Source: an uncultured delta proteobacterium (lineage in GTDB: Bacteria; Desulfobacterota; RBG-13-43-22). From it: DNA of 64,000 nucleotides. Location of the stretch: contig CAWBOS010000010.1 of the NCBI GenBank assembly GCA_963790475.1, positions 1,152,001-1,216,000 of the forward strand. Direction: 5' to 3'. The notes beneath the pieces were generated by a model. The model ran no database searches. It was not told where the DNA came from and saw only the letters and a list, made by a program, of their open reading frames with translations. Shown in pieces: positions 61,908 through 64,000 of this stretch (its first letter is position 1; each line of letters begins with the position of its first letter). Made by a program: the position numbers and the translations under genes.

Positions 61908-63341
61908 ATGAAGACCATTCTCGAACCACAGAAAAAAATCCCGGTCATTGATGAAGCCGATGTGATCGTTGTCGGCGGCGGGCCTGCCGGTATTGGCGCG
62001 GCCCTGGCCTCTGCCCGTAACGGGGCCAAGACCATACTCCTGGAACGCTTCGGCAGTTTGGGCGGATTGCAGACCCAGGGGTTTAACGCCTCCTTTTCCT
62101 TTATCGATCCTGAAATCCAAGGCGGGGTTATTTCGGATATCATTTACGGCTTAAAAAGAAACGGCGGTCTCATCCGGGACACCTCGGCCGACACCCGCAT
62201 CGGCAAAGGCATGGGCGGCATATTCTTCGACATCGAGAGCTACAAATTTCTTTTGGACAACCTGATCCTGGAGGCCGGGGTCAAACCCATGTATCACGTC
62301 TTTGGCGCTTCGGCCATCAAAGAGAACCATAAAATCAAGGCCGTCATCATTGAGAGTAAGGAGGGTCGTCAGGCGGTCTTGGGAAAAGTGATCGTCGACA
62401 CCACAGGCAGCGCCGACATCGCCTGGAAGTCCGGCGCGCCCTGCCTGGATGAGGGCTTTCCCCGAGGTCCGAAGAAGGGACGTCATTCGGGGTTCGGCTA
62501 TACCTTTTTCTTCGGCGGTGTCGACTATGCCAAATTAAAGGCCTTTCGAAAAGAAAATCCCGAAGAATGGGGCGGTTTGTTTGGCGGCCGAGAACTGATC
62601 AAGAAGTCCAAAGCCAATGGAGCACTCTATGGAAACCGCGCCGCTTTCCTTTTGAGCGAGATTTGGGGTCATGGATCTATTTGGATTCTGGGTCCCCAAT
62701 ATCCTTTGCCCAGGGGACATCATGGCTGGCTCACCGCGGACATCACCAGCGGGGAAATCGATCTGCGGAAACAGGCCTGGTCCATGTACCATCTGTTAAG
62801 GAAGAATGTACCGGGCTTTGAGAAATCTTATATAGAAAAAACGCCCAATTCCCTGATGCTGAGAGATACGCACCGCCTGCTGGGCGAATATGTCCTGACG
62901 GAAAAGGATATGCGACAGGGGAAGGTCTTTGCTGATTCCATCGCCATCAGCAATATGTGCCCCGACGTCTTCGGCCCCGATGATGAACACGAGTGGATGG
63001 GCGATATCCCCCCCTACGACATTCCTTACCGCTGTCTCCTGTCCAAAGAGACCGAGAACCTTCTGGCCGCCGGTTCGACCATGTCCGCGGATTTTATCAC
63101 CTTCTGTGCCACCCGCTACTGCACTCCCAGTGTCTGCACCGGGCAGGCAGCAGGTACGGCCGCCGCCTTATCGGCCAAGAATAATGTGAGCCCCAAGAGA
63201 CTCGAGGTGAAACTCTTGCAGGATACCTTAAGCGGGCAGGGAGCCCGCATCAGTGTCAAACACCTGGCCAAATCTGTTTTTAATGAATACCAAAAAAAGG
63301 CCCAACAAGCCCAGGAAAGAATAAGAAACCACGCCTTCTGA
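61908..63341 (+). CDS. FAD-dependent oxidoreductase (FAD_oxidored/PF12831-like)
   Basis: DVIVVGGGPAG, LERFGSLGG, IVDTTGSAD, YDIPYRCL, NLLAAG and TGQAAGTAAAL motifs. Confidence 0.88.
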   Translation: MKTILEPQKKIPVIDEADVIVVGGGPAGIGAALASARNGAKTILLERFGSLGGLQTQGFNASFSFIDPEIQGGVISDIIYGLKRNGGLIRDTSADTRIGKGMGGIFFDIESYKFLLDNLILEAGVKPMYHVFGASAIKENHKIKAVIIESKEGRQAVLGKVIVDTTGSADIAWKSGAPCLDEGFPRGPKKGRHSGFGYTFFFGGVDYAKLKAFRKENPEEWGGLFGGRELIKKSKANGALYGNRAAFLLSEIWGHGSIWILGPQYPLPRGHHGWLTADITSGEIDLRKQAWSMYHLLRKNVPGFEKSYIEKTPNSLMLRDTHRLLGEYVLTEKDMRQGKVFADSIAISNMCPDVFGPDDEHEWMGDIPPYDIPYRCLLSKETENLLAAGSTMSADFITFCATRYCTPSVCTGQAAGTAAALSAKNNVSPKRLEVKLLQDTLSGQGARISVKHLAKSVFNEYQKKAQQAQERIRNHAF

Positions 63342-63363
63342 TTTGCCGCTCCGGACATCGGTC

Positions 63364-63400
63364 ATTCAATGACCTCCGCTTCTATTGGAGGTCATTGAAT
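63364..63400. terminator. 14-bp perfect hairpin
   Basis: attcaatgacctcc-gcttctatt-ggaggtcattgaat. Confidence 0.7.
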
Positions 63401-63648
63401 CGGCTTCTATCCTTTCCCTTTCTCCCGGCCAGGAATTCAACCAGCAAACAGTAATAATTAACTGATGATTTATTTGTTTTCCTAAATCTCAGTGCGCAAA
63501 ATATGTAAAACAAATTTCCCTTGACAGGGTTGAATCACCTTAATACTATCTTCTCATCAGCAGAACATTTTTTTATCTTTTCAGCACTCGTTAATGACCA
63601 AAGAAGAAGGGCCAACCCACACACCAACATAATTAAACAGGAGGTTTT

Positions 63649-64000
63649 ATGAAGAGCAATGGTAAAAAGGTAAGTGGAGGACTCAATCGGAGAGAATTTT
63701 TGAAGGGAACGGCAGCGGCAGCAGCCGCTACAGCGGTGTCGGGTCCTTTTTTTCTGGCCCGGGCTGCCAAACCGGAAATTCGGGTGGGTATGACCCTGAC
63801 CTATTCCGGGGTTTATGCCGTCGTCGGGAAACGGGTGGAAAATGGAGCCAGGTTGGCCTTTGCCCTGTCCAAATACAAGGACCAGGTCAAGTTCTTCCCC
63901 GAAGATACCCAGGGCAAACCCAATGTAGCCATTGAAAAAGCCCAAAAACTTTTCGAGAAAGACCAAATTCACATGTTGGTGGGTCCTATCGCCGGCCATG
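63649..64000 (+). CDS. Tat-exported ABC substrate-binding protein (Liv family), runs off the window end
   Basis: AGGAGG RBS; MKSNGKKVSGGLNRREFLKG twin-arginine signal; IRVGMTLTYSGVYA, EDTQGKP and LVGP. Confidence 0.88.
   Translation, partial: MKSNGKKVSGGLNRREFLKGTAAAAAATAVSGPFFLARAAKPEIRVGMTLTYSGVYAVVGKRVENGARLAFALSKYKDQVKFFPEDTQGKPNVAIEKAQKLFEKDQIHMLVGPIAGH

Noticed and set aside
63446-63526. AAACA/TGTTT boxes before a TTGACA, as a possible fifth operator copy
   Set aside because: Spacings (22 and 8 bp) do not fit the 17-18 and 10-11 bp seen in the other copies; left unassigned

Overview
A 64 kb window of roughly 50% GC from an anaerobic bacterium whose gene content suggests Desulfobacterota (deltaproteobacteria); the taxonomy is inferred. 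1-16.6 kb is a minus-strand catabolic block: CoA ligase, SCP-x-type thiolase, an acyl-CoA dehydrogenase/ferredoxin/nitroreductase fusion, EMO-type Fe-S oxidoreductase with EtfAB, SCP2, Fe-ADH, AOR, MoaD and a Liv-type ABC transporter. The main candidate for a new system is two paralogous ~742-aa proteins (17765-19996, 25385-27613), read here as XRE-type HTH + degenerate class III cyclase-like domain + TPR/helical region. Each is divergent from a catabolic or transport operon, a decayed third copy lies at ~20.15 kb, and a shared TGTTTYAT-N17/18-WTRAAACA-N6-TGTT motif occurs four times, three of them next to a TTGACA -35 box. Together these suggest an uncharacterised one-component regulator and its operator. 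27.6-47 kb holds a frameshifted MCP with a C-terminal Cache domain, duplicated NMO/FabK-like genes, ETF-QO, PAS-GGDEF-EAL, argC and an uncharacterised flavin/Fe-S/PHP module. 48-58.7 kb is an accessory, decaying region with attC sites and gene cassettes but no integrase in the window, vapBC, IS21 and IS1380 with visible target duplications, and several deletion scars. No rRNA, tRNA or CRISPR array was seen. All family assignments come from motif reading by eye, not database searches.
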